Below are positions 1-10,013 of a DNA stretch of 64,000 nt, piece after piece. Each line of letters begins with the position of its first letter. Position 1 is the first letter of the stretch. The notes below the pieces were generated by a model. It was not told the origin of the DNA. It did no database searches and saw only the letters and a list, made by a program, of their open reading frames with translations. This DNA comes from a virus. Position numbers and translations under genes: made by a program. The stretch covers positions 19,598 to 83,597 of IMG/VR virus record IMGVR_UViG_3300036829_000104; one strand, written 5' to 3'.

Positions 1-18
1 TGCCGGTCTTGTCGCTCA

Positions 19-261
19 TCACAGAACCCCGTTCGCAAGGTCGTCTTCGATGGCCGCTTCGATCCCGGCTATCTCCGGGTCGTCGGGCAGGTAGTAGGTG
101 CGCGCGGTGGCGCAGAAGATGATCAGATCGCCGGCGGTGAGCGGTGCGCCGGACCCGTCCACCGGGCCGAGCGGCTTCCGCGCCAGGCGCAGGTCGATCC
201 GGCACACCAGGGCGACGAGGGCGCGGCTGAGGATGCCGAGGGCGGTGAATGCGAGGCTCAT
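19..261 (-). CDS. hypothetical protein
   Basis: ORF coupled (ATGA overlap) to the upstream HNH gene. Confidence 0.55.
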   Translation of the reverse strand: MSLAFTALGILSRALVALVCRIDLRLARKPLGPVDGSGAPLTAGDLIIFCATARTYYLPDDPEIAGIEAAIEDDLANGVL

Positions 262-755
262 GCTGCTGCCTCCGGCGGGATCTCGTACGTGCCGTCAGCT
301 GTCAGCAGCATCAGCGCGCCAGCGCCGTGCGCGGACATGACCATGACCGGGACTTCGGCGGGGTCCTGCCACGACCGGACCGTGTAGCCGCGTGCCTCGT
401 CGTGAGGGTCGCGGCGAGAGTCGATCCGCTCGTGGCATCCGGTTGTCCCGGTGCCCAGGACCGTTATCAGGTTCGACGGGCTGTTGCCGCCGCCCTGGGA
501 GCGCCTCTTGCGATGCTGGAGGCTGTACGGCCGGCCTATGACGCTCACGCCGCAGCAGACGCAGCGGTGGTCGTCACGCTCGAGCACGAGCGCCCGGGTC
601 TTCGCGTCCGGGCCCGTGTAGCGCGCCGCCTTCGGCCTCGCCGCGGTACGGACGGTCTCGCCGCCGCGTGCCATCGGCGACGGCCGGGACAGGCCCTTGC
701 CGCGCGCCAGCTCCGTCTTGCGCTGCAGTCCTCCCGAACGCTTCAGCTCAGCCAT
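258..755 (-). CDS. HNH endonuclease
   Basis: RDDHRCVCCG...QHRKRRSQGGGNSPSNLITVLG...GCH motif. Confidence 0.85.
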   Translation of the reverse strand: MAELKRSGGLQRKTELARGKGLSRPSPMARGGETVRTAARPKAARYTGPDAKTRALVLERDDHRCVCCGVSVIGRPYSLQHRKRRSQGGGNSPSNLITVLGTGTTGCHERIDSRRDPHDEARGYTVRSWQDPAEVPVMVMSAHGAGALMLLTADGTYEIPPEAAA

Positions 756-915
756 GGTCGATGACCTCACCCTCCAGGTAGACGACCACGTTGCCGGGGC
801 CCTGGCGGGACGGCTTCTTCGACGACTTGCCGGGGACGTCGAGCACCATCTGCTGACGCCGCACGGCCTCGGCGACCTCGGCGGGCGGGCCGTCGATGCG
901 AATGCGGACGCTCAT
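748..915 (-). CDS. small hypothetical protein
   Basis: MSVRIRIDG... coupled to both neighbours. Confidence 0.6.
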   Translation of the reverse strand: MSVRIRIDGPPAEVAEAVRRQQMVLDVPGKSSKKPSRQGPGNVVVYLEGEVIDHG

Positions 916-1283
916 CACCGCACCCCCGCCGCGTTGTACATCGCCCGGACACTGTTGAGGATCGACTGCCACGCGAACAGTTCCTTGTCCAGCGCGCTCG
1001 CAGTCCGGATCGCATGCTTGTAGGACAACTCCGCGTCTTCGGCCTTCGACCGCTGCTCCAGCGTCTGCAGCGTGGCCTCGGCCTTCCGCAGGTACTCCGG
1101 ACCTTCGGTGCGCTTGATGACGTGAGCCTGCGCGCGGTCGAACTCCAGCTTCGCGGCGTTCATGGCGCGCTCGGCCCCGGTGACGATCGACACCCCGGCG
1201 GCGATGCGGTTCTTCGTTTCCACGATCTTCCGCTCGACGTCCACCGGGTTGTGGATGTCTCCGGAGACGTCGTGGCCGGTCAT
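915..1283 (-). CDS. coiled-coil hypothetical protein
   Basis: Helical ORF in a coupled leftward operon. Confidence 0.7.
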   Translation of the reverse strand: MTGHDVSGDIHNPVDVERKIVETKNRIAAGVSIVTGAERAMNAAKLEFDRAQAHVIKRTEGPEYLRKAEATLQTLEQRSKAEDAELSYKHAIRTASALDKELFAWQSILNSVRAMYNAAGVR

Positions 1284-1885
1284 GACTCGCCGCCTGTCGG
1301 CAGCGCGAGCGCGTCCAGGGCGATGCCCTGCAGATCGCCGCGCTGCCATGCCGCGATCACCTCGTCGCGGGCGTTCTTCGCCGGCCGGTAGCTGAACGCC
1401 CCGGTCGGCTTGACGTCCGCGACCGCGGCGACCTGCTCCTTGTCGCCGCTCTCCTTGTCGACCAGGTAGCCGCCGGTCTCCTCGATCTCCTTCAGCAGCG
1501 CCGTCCGGACCTCGGCCCGGATGCGGGTGCGGACCAGTTCGGGGAACACGGCGCGGATCACGTCGAGGAGTTCGGTGTTCGTCACCGCGGACGGGTCAAG
1601 GTAGTCCTCGAGCCCTTCCGGGTTGTGCTCTTTCAGCCAGCCGGTGAGCGCGTCCTCGGTGACGCCGACGTTCTTGCCGCCGGCCTTGATCGAGATCAGC
1701 CCGATCTCGGTTCCGTTCGGCATCATGACCTTCTGCTGCGGCGTGCCGTCTGCGCGCAGCGGCCCGAATGCCGCCTCGGCGTCCTTCCGCGCGCCCTTGT
1801 AGGCGCCGCTGATCTCCTTGCCGATCACGTCCAGCACGGCGACGCGCAGGGCGTGGTCTCGTGCCGACATGCTCCCGTCCGTCAT
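1280..1885 (-). CDS. hypothetical protein
   Basis: Well-formed ORF with ATGA overlaps at both ends. Confidence 0.75.
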   Translation of the reverse strand: MTDGSMSARDHALRVAVLDVIGKEISGAYKGARKDAEAAFGPLRADGTPQQKVMMPNGTEIGLISIKAGGKNVGVTEDALTGWLKEHNPEGLEDYLDPSAVTNTELLDVIRAVFPELVRTRIRAEVRTALLKEIEETGGYLVDKESGDKEQVAAVADVKPTGAFSYRPAKNARDEVIAAWQRGDLQGIALDALALPTGGES

Positions 1886-2868
1886 GCCGCGCTCCTCAGC
1901 TCGTTCTGGCGGTTCTTCAGCACGTCGCCGAGCTCGTTGGCGATCTCGGGGGTGACGGTCTTGTCCTTGACGGCGCGGGCCAGTTCGAGCTTCAGCCCGC
2001 GGATGTCCTCGTAGCTCCCGGCGCCGCCGGCACGGCCGGTGAAGTCGACAGCCCAGGCGGACTCGCCGTCGCCGGCGTCCTGCGCGGGTTCCGCGCCGTC
2101 CGCGGGCTGCTGCTGCGCCTGCCGTGCCCGGCCGCGCAGTTCCGCGACGCGGGCGTCGATCGCCCGGCGGATCTCGTTAGCGCGCTCCGCCTCGAGCGCG
2201 CCCCGGTCGTAAAGCTGAGTCACCTCGTCCTTGATGGCGATCACGTCGTCCGGTGTGGCGATCTCCGCGACCTTCACGTCCCAGTCGCCGAGGTCTTGGC
2301 CTGCCGGGCGCTTCGGCTCCTGTCGGCGTTCCTGCTGCGATCCGGCACCGTCCGCGGCCTTCTCGCGGGGCTTCCACTGCCGCTGCTGCCCGTTGCCGTC
2401 CGGGCGCGGCCCCGAGGCGTTGTCGAACGCGCTGGATGCCGACTGCTGCCAGCCCTGCTGCGCCGCGCCGGCGTCATCATCCTCGCCGTCCGGGTGGACT
2501 CCCGTGGCCGCACAGAGGCAGTACCGGCGGGCGTAGGTGATCGCGGATCCGACTTCCCGCGGCCCGGTGCTGCGGGGATCGGGCAGCGGGTAGAACCCCT
2601 CGTCAGACTCGCCTGACTCGTGCCGCAGCGTGTACACCAGGACGAAGGCCCCGTCCGCCATGGTCGGCTTGCTGGTGAACGACAGCCCGAACGACCCGAG
2701 CAGCGGTATTACCACCTGGCTGATGTCGGCAAGGTCGGCGTACTTGTAGCTGTAGCCCTGCGCCCCGTTCTTGCCGGGGATCTTCGCGGTCTCGCCCTTG
2801 GTGATCCTGGGCAGCTTCGCCTGCAGTTTCGCCAGCGCCGCGTTCAGTTCCGGTGTTCCGTCGCTCAC
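1882..2868 (-). CDS. ERF-family single-strand annealing protein
   Basis: YSYKYADLADI...GSAITYARRYCL...EDDDA signature; GTG start at 2868. Confidence 0.9.
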   Translation of the reverse strand: MSDGTPELNAALAKLQAKLPRITKGETAKIPGKNGAQGYSYKYADLADISQVVIPLLGSFGLSFTSKPTMADGAFVLVYTLRHESGESDEGFYPLPDPRSTGPREVGSAITYARRYCLCAATGVHPDGEDDDAGAAQQGWQQSASSAFDNASGPRPDGNGQQRQWKPREKAADGAGSQQERRQEPKRPAGQDLGDWDVKVAEIATPDDVIAIKDEVTQLYDRGALEAERANEIRRAIDARVAELRGRARQAQQQPADGAEPAQDAGDGESAWAVDFTGRAGGAGSYEDIRGLKLELARAVKDKTVTPEIANELGDVLKNRQNELRSAA

Positions 2869-3215
2869 AGCGCACTCCCCGATGTCGTGAGGCCGGTAAG
2901 GTCCGCGACGATCCGCCGCTCGGCGTCGTCGGGGGCGGCGTAGGTGATCGCGGCCCAGGTGTCGTCCCGGTCTCCGGCGTCCCGGACGAGCCCGGCGAAT
3001 GCGTTCATATAGATCGCGAATGCGGTGGCGTCGTCCGGAGCCTGCTCGACGCGGCGGAACGCGTCGCCGAGGTTCACCGAGATCTCGTCGCGGAGCGACA
3101 TCTCCTCCGGATCGGCCCCGTCGGCGACGAGCGCCCCGTAGACGGCGGTGTCGATGATGGCCTGCAGCCGCTGGACGAGCGCACTGCGGCGGCGAGGGGC
3201 GGTCGTGACGGTCAT
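2865..3215 (-). CDS. hypothetical protein
   Basis: Coupled ORF starting MTVTTAPRR. Confidence 0.65.
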   Translation of the reverse strand: MTVTTAPRRRSALVQRLQAIIDTAVYGALVADGADPEEMSLRDEISVNLGDAFRRVEQAPDDATAFAIYMNAFAGLVRDAGDRDDTWAAITYAAPDDAERRIVADLTGLTTSGSAL

Positions 3216-3751
3216 GCGGCACCCCCGATCGGCATGGCCCACATGGCGGGCTGCTCGAACCGGCTGGTGGTGCCGGTGATCCGGCCCATGCGGCGCAGCA
3301 GCTCGGCGTAGTCGGCGCCGGTGGCGCTGCCGTCGCATGCCGGGTAGGCGAGCTTCTCGATCCGCGCCCCGGCCGCCTCAGCGCGCCGTTCCCGGACCTG
3401 CGGGGAGGCCATCGGGATCTCGCGGGGCAGCGGCCGGATGCGCGGGCCCGGCGCGTCCTCGCGGACCCGCTGCGTCTCGGTGTGCGCGGGGCCGTCGAAC
3501 GGGTGCTGGCCCTTCAGCGCGGTGCGCAGCCTCGCGAGCACCTCGGGCGTGGCCTTCGCCCACTCCGGGGCGGAGGGTCCGAACACGGCCTGCGCGTCCG
3601 CGAGGCCCGGGATCTCGCCCGTGTCGCGGAGCGGGTCCGGCTGCGGCCCGTCGGGAACATTCCGGAGATCGTCCGCGATCGTGAGCGCGGTGTCCGGGTC
3701 GAACTGGTGGCGGCCGCGCCTGCAGCTGCGGGGCAGGAGCGAGATGGTCAC
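3212..3751 (-). CDS. hypothetical protein
   Basis: Coupled ORF. Confidence 0.6.
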   Translation of the reverse strand: MTISLLPRSCRRGRHQFDPDTALTIADDLRNVPDGPQPDPLRDTGEIPGLADAQAVFGPSAPEWAKATPEVLARLRTALKGQHPFDGPAHTETQRVREDAPGPRIRPLPREIPMASPQVRERRAEAAGARIEKLAYPACDGSATGADYAELLRRMGRITGTTSRFEQPAMWAMPIGGAA

Positions 3752-4119
3752 GCGGCGGCCCTCCGCTCCGTGATGAAGCGCCGCCACTCGGCGGTCAGGG
3801 TGTCATACTCGCCATCGGATCGGCCCCATGTGGCGGCAGCGGCCTGAAATCCGAGATCCGCCGCCCAGGCATCGATCGCATCCTCCTCAAGGAGACCGCT
3901 GATCGCGGCGGCGCGAGCGTGGTAGGGCGCCTGCCCGCAGTCGTGGGCCCCCTCGGCGTCCTCCAGCGGGCAGCGCTGTCCGAGGATGCACATGCCGCCG
4001 TGGCCGAGGTCCAGCGCCTCCAGGTCGATCGCCCGCTCGACGCCGGGCTTCCACCAGTCCGGGTCGTGCTCGTCGAGGAACTGCGCGCCCTTCGCGACGC
4101 GTTCGGCGATGGTGATCAT
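3748..4119 (-). CDS. hypothetical protein
   Basis: Coupled ORF MITIAERVAKGAQFLDEHDPDWW. Confidence 0.75.
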   Translation of the reverse strand: MITIAERVAKGAQFLDEHDPDWWKPGVERAIDLEALDLGHGGMCILGQRCPLEDAEGAHDCGQAPYHARAAAISGLLEEDAIDAWAADLGFQAAAATWGRSDGEYDTLTAEWRRFITERRAAA

Positions 4120-4481
4120 GCCGCCACCGCCGTCTCCGGCCGGATGTTCCCGAGGTAGGACATGACGGCGCTGTGCTCGTCCATCACCTTGCTGCTGACC
4201 GCGGTGGCGGCGTAGGTGACGCCGCCGCCGAAGTGGCGCACCGCCTTGTAGACGCCGCCGGCGCCGGTCGGGTCCAGGGCGGTGACGCCGAGGATGTCCG
4301 CGATCCAGTCGACCTTGGCGCGGTTCTCCTCGTCGGTGCCGTCGTAGACGCGGTAGTCGAACGCGCTGCCGGTCTTGCTGAGCGGCAGGTCCGGGTGCGT
4401 TTCGAGGAACGCGGCGAGGTTTTCCAGGCCGCGGATGGCGTCGGCGTGCCGTATGCCGATGCCGATGGTCGCGAGTGTCAT
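4116..4481 (-). CDS. hypothetical protein
   Basis: RBS (AGGAG) then MTLATIG...; 3' part of ORF 4116..5180. Confidence 0.7.
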   Translation of the reverse strand: MTLATIGIGIRHADAIRGLENLAAFLETHPDLPLSKTGSAFDYRVYDGTDEENRAKVDWIADILGVTALDPTGAGGVYKAVRHFGGGVTYAATAVSSKVMDEHSAVMSYLGNIRPETAVAA

Positions 4482-4585
4482 CGCGGTATCTCTCCTGTCT
4501 CGGTTACCATGTGTGCTGGCGGTATCTCTCCGCCCTGGCCGACTCGTGTCGGCCCCGGCCCCGGTGTTCGCCCACCGGGGCCTAC

Positions 4586-4789
4586 TCATGCCGCCCTGTT
4601 GAGGGCGCGGTCTTGCTTGGCCCGGTACTGCCGCTCGATCGCCTCGGCTGACCCGGCCGGATGGCCCGGCCAGTACGCGGCGCCGGCGACGGCCCGAGCG
4701 CCTTCGGAGCAGGCGAGCGCGTCCCGTTCGGCGGAGGCGTCCCGGAGGATCCTCGCCGCGGCGGTGATGGCCTCGTCCCGGGTGATCAT
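4586..4789 (-). CDS. hypothetical protein
   Basis: Coupled downstream of the Cro-like gene. Confidence 0.55.
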   Translation of the reverse strand: MITRDEAITAAARILRDASAERDALACSEGARAVAGAAYWPGHPAGSAEAIERQYRAKQDRALNRAA

Positions 4790-5109
4790 CAGGCGGCCTC
4801 GGCCTCGGCCGGCTCGGGCTGGTCGTCCTCGGCTGCCTCGCCCTGCGCTGCGCCGAGCTCGCGCATGATCGCGCTGACCGGCACGCGGAGGTTGCGGGCG
4901 ATGGTGTTGAGTGTGGTGACCCGCGCGCTGGAGACCTCGCGCTCGATGAGCGAGAGGGTTCCCTGCCGGATGCCGACCGCCGCGGCGAGGGCCTGCTGAG
5001 ACCAGCCGTCCTTCTCGCGGAGGGCCTTGATCGACGGCCCGTTCTGCCGGGGCGGTCCTGTCCGGCGGAGAGCGGCGCGGGACTTGATGTCCTCTTGTGT
5101 CCCTTCCAT
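4789..5109 (-). CDS. XRE-family HTH regulator (Cro-like)
   Basis: IKALREKDGWSQQALAAAVGIRQGTLSLIERE; divergent from the repressor. Confidence 0.85.
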   Translation of the reverse strand: MEGTQEDIKSRAALRRTGPPRQNGPSIKALREKDGWSQQALAAAVGIRQGTLSLIEREVSSARVTTLNTIARNLRVPVSAIMRELGAAQGEAAEDDQPEPAEAEAA

Positions 5110-5120
5110 AAAGGACACAA
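5095..5120. promoter_or_regulatory. candidate operator of the immunity switch
   Basis: TTGTGTCC-N10-GGACACAA inverted repeat in AT-rich DNA between divergent HTH genes. Confidence 0.5.
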
Positions 5121-5326
5121 TAACCGTATAGGGATCATTAGGCAAGTGCTACCGGGCCACTGAGGGACATGAAGTGCCAAAGCGTATAGCGATCAATGCT
5201 CTACGGCCCTCTGACCTGCGTACGTGCCGCTAGGGGCATTGGTGGTACCGTCGGCATGTCGAAAGTTGACGCGGCGTGAATGCGTCGGTCACGATGAGGA
5301 TCTGAGCGGCCATAGACGGGACCCAA

Positions 5327-5935
5327 ATGGACAGCACGTACCCGCCCGAAGCGTGGCGGCGCCTGGGCAAGGACCTGGAACGCCGCCGCGCACAGCTCGG
5401 CTACGGCTACCGCCAGCGCGAGGACTTCCTCCGCGACCGCGGCGGGCCGCCGCCGTCAGTCAAGACCATCGGCCGGCTAGAGCGCGGAGAGCGCCACGGC
5501 TACCCTGAATCCACGATCACCCTCCTCGAGCAGATGTACAGCGTCGAGCCGGGATCATTCGAGACCGTGCTGCGCGGCGGCAGCCTCGAGCCGCTGTCCG
5601 CCACGGAAAGCACCAGCGACCCGTCCCTGCAGGCCGCCCGTGCCCGCGCGGACACCTCCGACCCGGGCACCGCCCCCGACGTGCTGTTCCCCGGCGACCC
5701 GGTCCGCCAGGACATGTGGCGGGTGATCACCGACCAGGCCATGCCCGCGGACGAGAAGCTTGCCGCCGTCGCCGGCCCTGCGCTGTTCCCCCAGGATCGC
5801 GCCAAGCAGGCCATCGTGGCAGCCGACATCATCGGCCGCGAGAAGCCGGCCGAGATGGCGGCGAAGATCCGGGTCCTGGACCGCATGCGCGACCGGACGC
5901 GGGAGAGGGCCGGGCACAGCGAACAATCCGCGTAA
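5327..5935 (+). CDS. immunity repressor-like HTH protein
   Basis: WRRLGKDLERRRAQLG...SVKTIGRLERGE XRE-like HTH; divergent from the Cro-like gene. Confidence 0.75.
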   Translation: MDSTYPPEAWRRLGKDLERRRAQLGYGYRQREDFLRDRGGPPPSVKTIGRLERGERHGYPESTITLLEQMYSVEPGSFETVLRGGSLEPLSATESTSDPSLQAARARADTSDPGTAPDVLFPGDPVRQDMWRVITDQAMPADEKLAAVAGPALFPQDRAKQAIVAADIIGREKPAEMAAKIRVLDRMRDRTRERAGHSEQSA

Positions 5936-6013
5936 GTCCCCTTGCCCGGACTGTAGCAAACATGTAACCCTATGAAGATCCGGTAAACCCGGACAACCCC
6001 GAACACGTCGCTT

Positions 6014-6400
6014 ATGACGGGGAGTATCGCAGGCAAACTGCCAACCATGACGCCGCCCCGGGACCTCGGCGGCAATCCCGCTACCGCGCACGAGGGGACT
6101 ACCTCCATGCCCTCCGACCCCGCCGATCCCGCACCCCTCGCCGAGCACGTCGCCTTCGCCGGGGCCCTGTACAGCCAGGCCGTCCGGCTGTGCGGCACGA
6201 GTCCCCAGCCGCAGCCCGTCGAGTTCGCCGTCCTGGCCGATGCGATGAGGACCCTCGCCGACGCGCTCCGCGGCGCCATCCCGTCCGCCGAGGCGCTTGC
6301 CGAGTCGTACGCCTCCGGGTGGGACGGCTGCGAGGAGGCGATCGCCGCGCTCGCCGCCGAGGAGGACCCGCCCGGGCGGCACCTGCGCCGCGTCAGCTAG
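6014..6400 (+). CDS. hypothetical protein
   Basis: ORF downstream of the repressor; start uncertain. Confidence 0.5.
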   Translation: MTGSIAGKLPTMTPPRDLGGNPATAHEGTTSMPSDPADPAPLAEHVAFAGALYSQAVRLCGTSPQPQPVEFAVLADAMRTLADALRGAIPSAEALAESYASGWDGCEEAIAALAAEEDPPGRHLRRVS

Positions 6401-7104
6401 AGCCGGGCGATCATCTCGCCGAGCCCGCCGCCCCCCGGCAGGGGCGCGACCTCCGATGACACCACCCGCATCCCGGCCGCCTCCGCCCACCCCTCCACCG
6501 TCTCGGGCGCGTGCCGGCGCATGGTTATCCCCATCCCGGCGAACGCGTCCGTCGCCGCCTGCGGGGCACCTGGCATCGCCGTGCTGGTGACCAGCCACGA
6601 CCCGGGCGGCATCAGCCGTCCGTAGGCGGCGAAGATCTCCGCGCCCTCGTCTGCCGGCCAGAAATGGGCCGCCATCCGGATGTGGCAGCACCATGGCCCC
6701 GGCGAGTCCGCGATCACCGGGTGCGCGAGCAGTTCCCCGGGCCGCGACGCCCACCCCTCGATCGCGTGCACCCGCGGATGGCTGGGCCGCACCGCCTGGC
6801 GGATCAGGACCGCCTGCGGGTTCGGGTCGGCGAACACGTGCGTGCCGTGCAGCACCTTGCCCCGCGTCGTCACGTGCGGTTCCGGGTCGGCGGGCAGTCC
6901 CGCCGGGGCGTGCACCACCGTGCTGGTCCCGTGCCTGAGCGCGCGGACCGTGGCCTGCCGGTGGAACTCGCGGGCATGCCGCACCGCGGCGGCCGTGCCG
7001 GGCGCCATCGCCTCGATCCGGGCGGCGATCTCCCGGTCCTCGGGGTTAGCCCACCTCGAGGCCGCCCACGCGGCGTACAGGCGGCCGCAGTCGGTCGGCT
7101 CCAT
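6397..7104 (-). CDS. actinomycete SAM-dependent methyltransferase-like protein (DUF574/Methyltransf_19), divergent
   Basis: RLY...DRE.A...AP...REF...AGLP...H...D.NP...HF...MPPGSWLV pattern. Confidence 0.7.
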   Translation of the reverse strand: MEPTDCGRLYAAWAASRWANPEDREIAARIEAMAPGTAAAVRHAREFHRQATVRALRHGTSTVVHAPAGLPADPEPHVTTRGKVLHGTHVFADPNPQAVLIRQAVRPSHPRVHAIEGWASRPGELLAHPVIADSPGPWCCHIRMAAHFWPADEGAEIFAAYGRLMPPGSWLVTSTAMPGAPQAATDAFAGMGITMRRHAPETVEGWAEAAGMRVVSSEVAPLPGGGGLGEMIARL

Positions 7105-7442
7105 CGGCGGATTTTCTCCTGTCACAACACTGATATCAGTCAATACAGCGCTGCCGGGGACACTGGTGTCACACGGTCGCCAGCAGCGCACTAGGGCGGC
7201 GGCAACCGTGCCGTGCCTCGCAAAACAACCCTACTGCCGGGTAATCTCTCGTATCACACCGGCCCCGGCCGGGACCGGAACGCACCGGCGCACACGCCTT
7301 ACGCCGCACGGGTTTGGCGAGGATGCGGCGCGAGCTCGGCGTGCTGCAAGACCGGATGGTGCCGTACCCGTTGCAGGGCGGCCAACTGCGTGAGGTCGTG
7401 GCAGGGCTGCGGCGGGGGCGGTAGGCGGCACCCGGGCACAGC

Positions 7443-7477
7443 GAGGGGCCGCGCACCTGCAAGGTGCGCGGCCCCTC
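7443..7477. terminator. hairpin terminator
   Basis: GAGGGGCCGCGCACCT-GCA-AGGTGCGCGGCCCCTC perfect stem just after the 7490 stop. Confidence 0.75.
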
Positions 7478-7489
7478 CGTCGCGTTCGG

Positions 7490-7900
7490 TCAGGCTCGTT
7501 TGACCGGGGCATACAGGGCGTTGTCCGCCACGTCCCACTTGCCGGCGATCTGCCAGCCGTGCTCGCGCAGCACGCGCTCGGCATCGGCCTCTATCACGCC
7601 GAGGACATCCTCGTGGTCGGTACGGATCTCGGTCTCGGCCTGCATGACCGCCGTGTCGGTGAGGTTTCCCTCGGCGTCGTTGATGATGACGGACGCGTCG
7701 CAGAATTCGCCCGCGACCACGTCGGAAGCCGTGCCGATTGCTGCCGTGTAGGTCATTTCCCGCTCCAGTTTCTCCTCGATCGCCTGGCTGATGAACTTGT
7801 TGACCGGCATCTCCGTGCGCTCCAGGTGCGCGGCCAGCCGTTCCCGCACCGCCTCGGGGGGACGGACGCGGAACGGGGGGTGCTTGTGCTGGCTAGGCAT
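7490..7900 (-). CDS. ribbon-helix-helix (Arc-like) domain fused to an acidic domain
   Basis: MPSQHKHPPFRVRPPEAVRERL...VNKFISQAIEEKL; paralogous N-terminus to 10654..11124. Confidence 0.7.
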   Translation of the reverse strand: MPSQHKHPPFRVRPPEAVRERLAAHLERTEMPVNKFISQAIEEKLEREMTYTAAIGTASDVVAGEFCDASVIINDAEGNLTDTAVMQAETEIRTDHEDVLGVIEADAERVLREHGWQIAGKWDVADNALYAPVKRA

Positions 7901-8201
7901 CGGCTGTATGAGCATTGCCGGTGATCGAGACCCTGACGTCCCCGGGGAGCGTCGCCTCCACGGTGCCCTGGGCCAGCCAGTCGGTCCAGGAGAACTCGCC
8001 GCCGATGAGCTCGGCCCAGCGCTGCAGCATAGCCCGCATCTTGTCCTCGAAGTCGTCGTGGCGGTACTGGCCGACGATGACCATCTGGCACGCTGCGGGC
8101 TGCCCGACTTTCCTGCCTGACCATCCGATGTCGTCCGCGCACAGCTCCGGGTCATCCTGCTGGAGGGCTTCCGGCAGGTCCGCCATGGTCATGTTGCTCA
8201 T
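7893..8201 (-). CDS. hypothetical protein
   Basis: First gene behind the operator-bearing promoter. Confidence 0.7.
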   Translation of the reverse strand: MSNMTMADLPEALQQDDPELCADDIGWSGRKVGQPAACQMVIVGQYRHDDFEDKMRAMLQRWAELIGGEFSWTDWLAQGTVEATLPGDVRVSITGNAHTADA

Positions 8202-8219
8202 TTCCCGCCCCGTTCTCTC

Positions 8220-8262
8220 GGTGGTGGGTCCACCATAACAAGGTGGTAGGACCACCGCAAGA
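8220..8262 (-). promoter_or_regulatory. promoter with two GGTGG-N5-CCACC operators
   Basis: Minus strand TTGCGG-N17-TATGGT; palindromes at 8220-8234 and 8242-8256. Confidence 0.7.
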
Positions 8263-8375
8263 GGGAATCCCTCACGGGAGGGAAACAGGCTCCACCGTCA
8301 CCGACGCGCCGGCCGCACCGTCACGCGCACGCCCTTCCCGTCACCGATCGCCCTGCATGATCGCCGCCGCGACAT

Positions 8376-8969
8376 TCATCCCTCCGCCACCCGCAGCCCG
8401 ACGGCCGCGAACCCGGCCGCCGACGTGGACCGGAACTCGTTGTCGTCCGCGCCGCCCCGCGCCCCTTCCATCGGGTACACGTCCGCCCACCAGCGGGACA
8501 GGGCGTCACGGACCGCGTCGTCCTGTCCGGGGGTGAGGCTCCGCAGCCACCGGTCCAGTTCGGCCTCGTCGAGGCCGTACCTTGCGGCGTACGTGTCGTC
8601 CGGGTGGCCTGATGCGCGGGCATCGGATGCCGCCACCGCCCATTCGCCCCACAGGGCGGCCCGGAACGTGCCGTCGGCGTCGACGGCGAAGATGCTGGCG
8701 GAGAGCTGCTCACCGCCGACGACCTCCGTCAGCGCGTCCGCCCACGCGAGCGGGACCGGCAGCATGGCTGCCAGTTCGGCGCCCTGGAGCTCCCGTCGCG
8801 CGGTCAGCTCCAGTTTCGCCTGCACGGACAGGCTGCCGGTACCCACGCGGGCGAGAATCGTGCGTTCCCGGCGGGACGCGAGCCATGCGCCCAGCTCTGG
8901 GCCGCTCCAGAACCGGGCGAGGATGCTGCCCGTGTCGGTGCTCGCGGCGTTTTCGCCAGTGTCAGTCAC
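8376..8969 (-). CDS. hypothetical protein
   Basis: GAGGAG RBS, GTG start, typical codon usage. Confidence 0.65.
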   Translation of the reverse strand: MTDTGENAASTDTGSILARFWSGPELGAWLASRRERTILARVGTGSLSVQAKLELTARRELQGAELAAMLPVPLAWADALTEVVGGEQLSASIFAVDADGTFRAALWGEWAVAASDARASGHPDDTYAARYGLDEAELDRWLRSLTPGQDDAVRDALSRWWADVYPMEGARGGADDNEFRSTSAAGFAAVGLRVAEG

Positions 8970-8981
8970 GGTGAAGTCTCC

Positions 8982-9260
8982 TCAGGCGGCGCGGCCGGTG
9001 ACGGTGGTCCGCGACGTGTCACCGTCGTTGGTCCACTCGCCGACCGTGAAGCCGAGGATGTCCCGGATGGCCTCGGTGGCGCGCTCCATCCCGAGCTCCT
9101 CCTCGCCCCACGGCTCGACCGAGGTGGCGTTGGAGAGGGAGCCGTCGGCGCCGGTAATGAGCTCCCACCGCGCGTCGTTGTCGGTCCAGTCGCCGGTCTC
9201 GACCGCGATTTCGCCGGTGATCACGTTGGCGGTGATCTTGATCTCGAGGCTGGTGTTCAT
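8982..9260 (-). CDS. acidic hypothetical protein
   Basis: AGGAG RBS; AT-rich promoter region upstream. Confidence 0.7.
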   Translation of the reverse strand: MNTSLEIKITANVITGEIAVETGDWTDNDARWELITGADGSLSNATSVEPWGEEELGMERATEAIRDILGFTVGEWTNDGDTSRTTVTGRAA

Positions 9261-9368
9261 GTCCCGCTCCTGATGTCGTTCCGTCCTGACATCTCGACTA
9301 TGGCATACCTGGAACAGTTTGTGCCACAAAAATCGGGGAGCGTGACCTACTCGTTATAAATACCGGGG

Positions 9369-9650
9369 CTACACCGGCTGCACATCGAGCCGCGCCCCCG
9401 GCATTGCCGCCCACTCGCCGCAGGCAGCCAGCCCCAGCACCACGGCCTCCGTCAGCGACGGTGCCCGCACCACCATCCCGACCTCGGCCTTCTCCGCGCT
9501 GAACGCCGCGATCACGCCCTTGCCCTGCGGCGCGTCCCCGGGGCCCAGCGTCTCACCGGCGTGCGGCACTGTCAGCACCACCTCGAACGCCAGCAGCGGG
9601 CGCGGCACGGCAATGTCGGGGAACAGCGGGGCGAGGGTGTCATCAGCCAT
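9369..9650 (-). CDS. hypothetical protein
   Basis: Well-formed ORF. Confidence 0.55.
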   Translation of the reverse strand: MADDTLAPLFPDIAVPRPLLAFEVVLTVPHAGETLGPGDAPQGKGVIAAFSAEKAEVGMVVRAPSLTEAVVLGLAACGEWAAMPGARLDVQPV

Positions 9651-9692
9651 GCCCGCACGGTAGCGCGCACTGCCGACATTCCGGCACCGCCG

Positions 9693-9878
9693 TCATTCTG
9701 AGTCGGGCTGGGTCTTCCGCCGGGGGTCGTCGCCGAGCTCGCGGTCGATGAATTCGAGGAGCGCGCGCCTCACGATCGACGCGAGCGGCACCTCATACCG
9801 CTGCCGCTTCCGGATCGTCTCCAGGTCCTCACGCATGGGCTCGTCGAGGCGCAAATTGAACCCCTTCTTGGGCGGCAT
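9693..9878 (-). CDS. ribbon-helix-helix DNA-binding protein
   Basis: FNLRLDEPMREDLE...LASIVRRALLEFID. Confidence 0.7.
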   Translation of the reverse strand: MPPKKGFNLRLDEPMREDLETIRKRQRYEVPLASIVRRALLEFIDRELGDDPRRKTQPDSE

Positions 9879-10013
9879 GCGGGAACCTTACAGAAGCCCG
9901 CAGTTACCCCCATCGGCGGGTTACGCAGCGTATCACGATGCACCCGGCGTAGTGCGAAAGTTGTGACAACCCGTGATGTTGTGACTACGCCTCGAAGACT
10001 GCCCCCAAACGCA

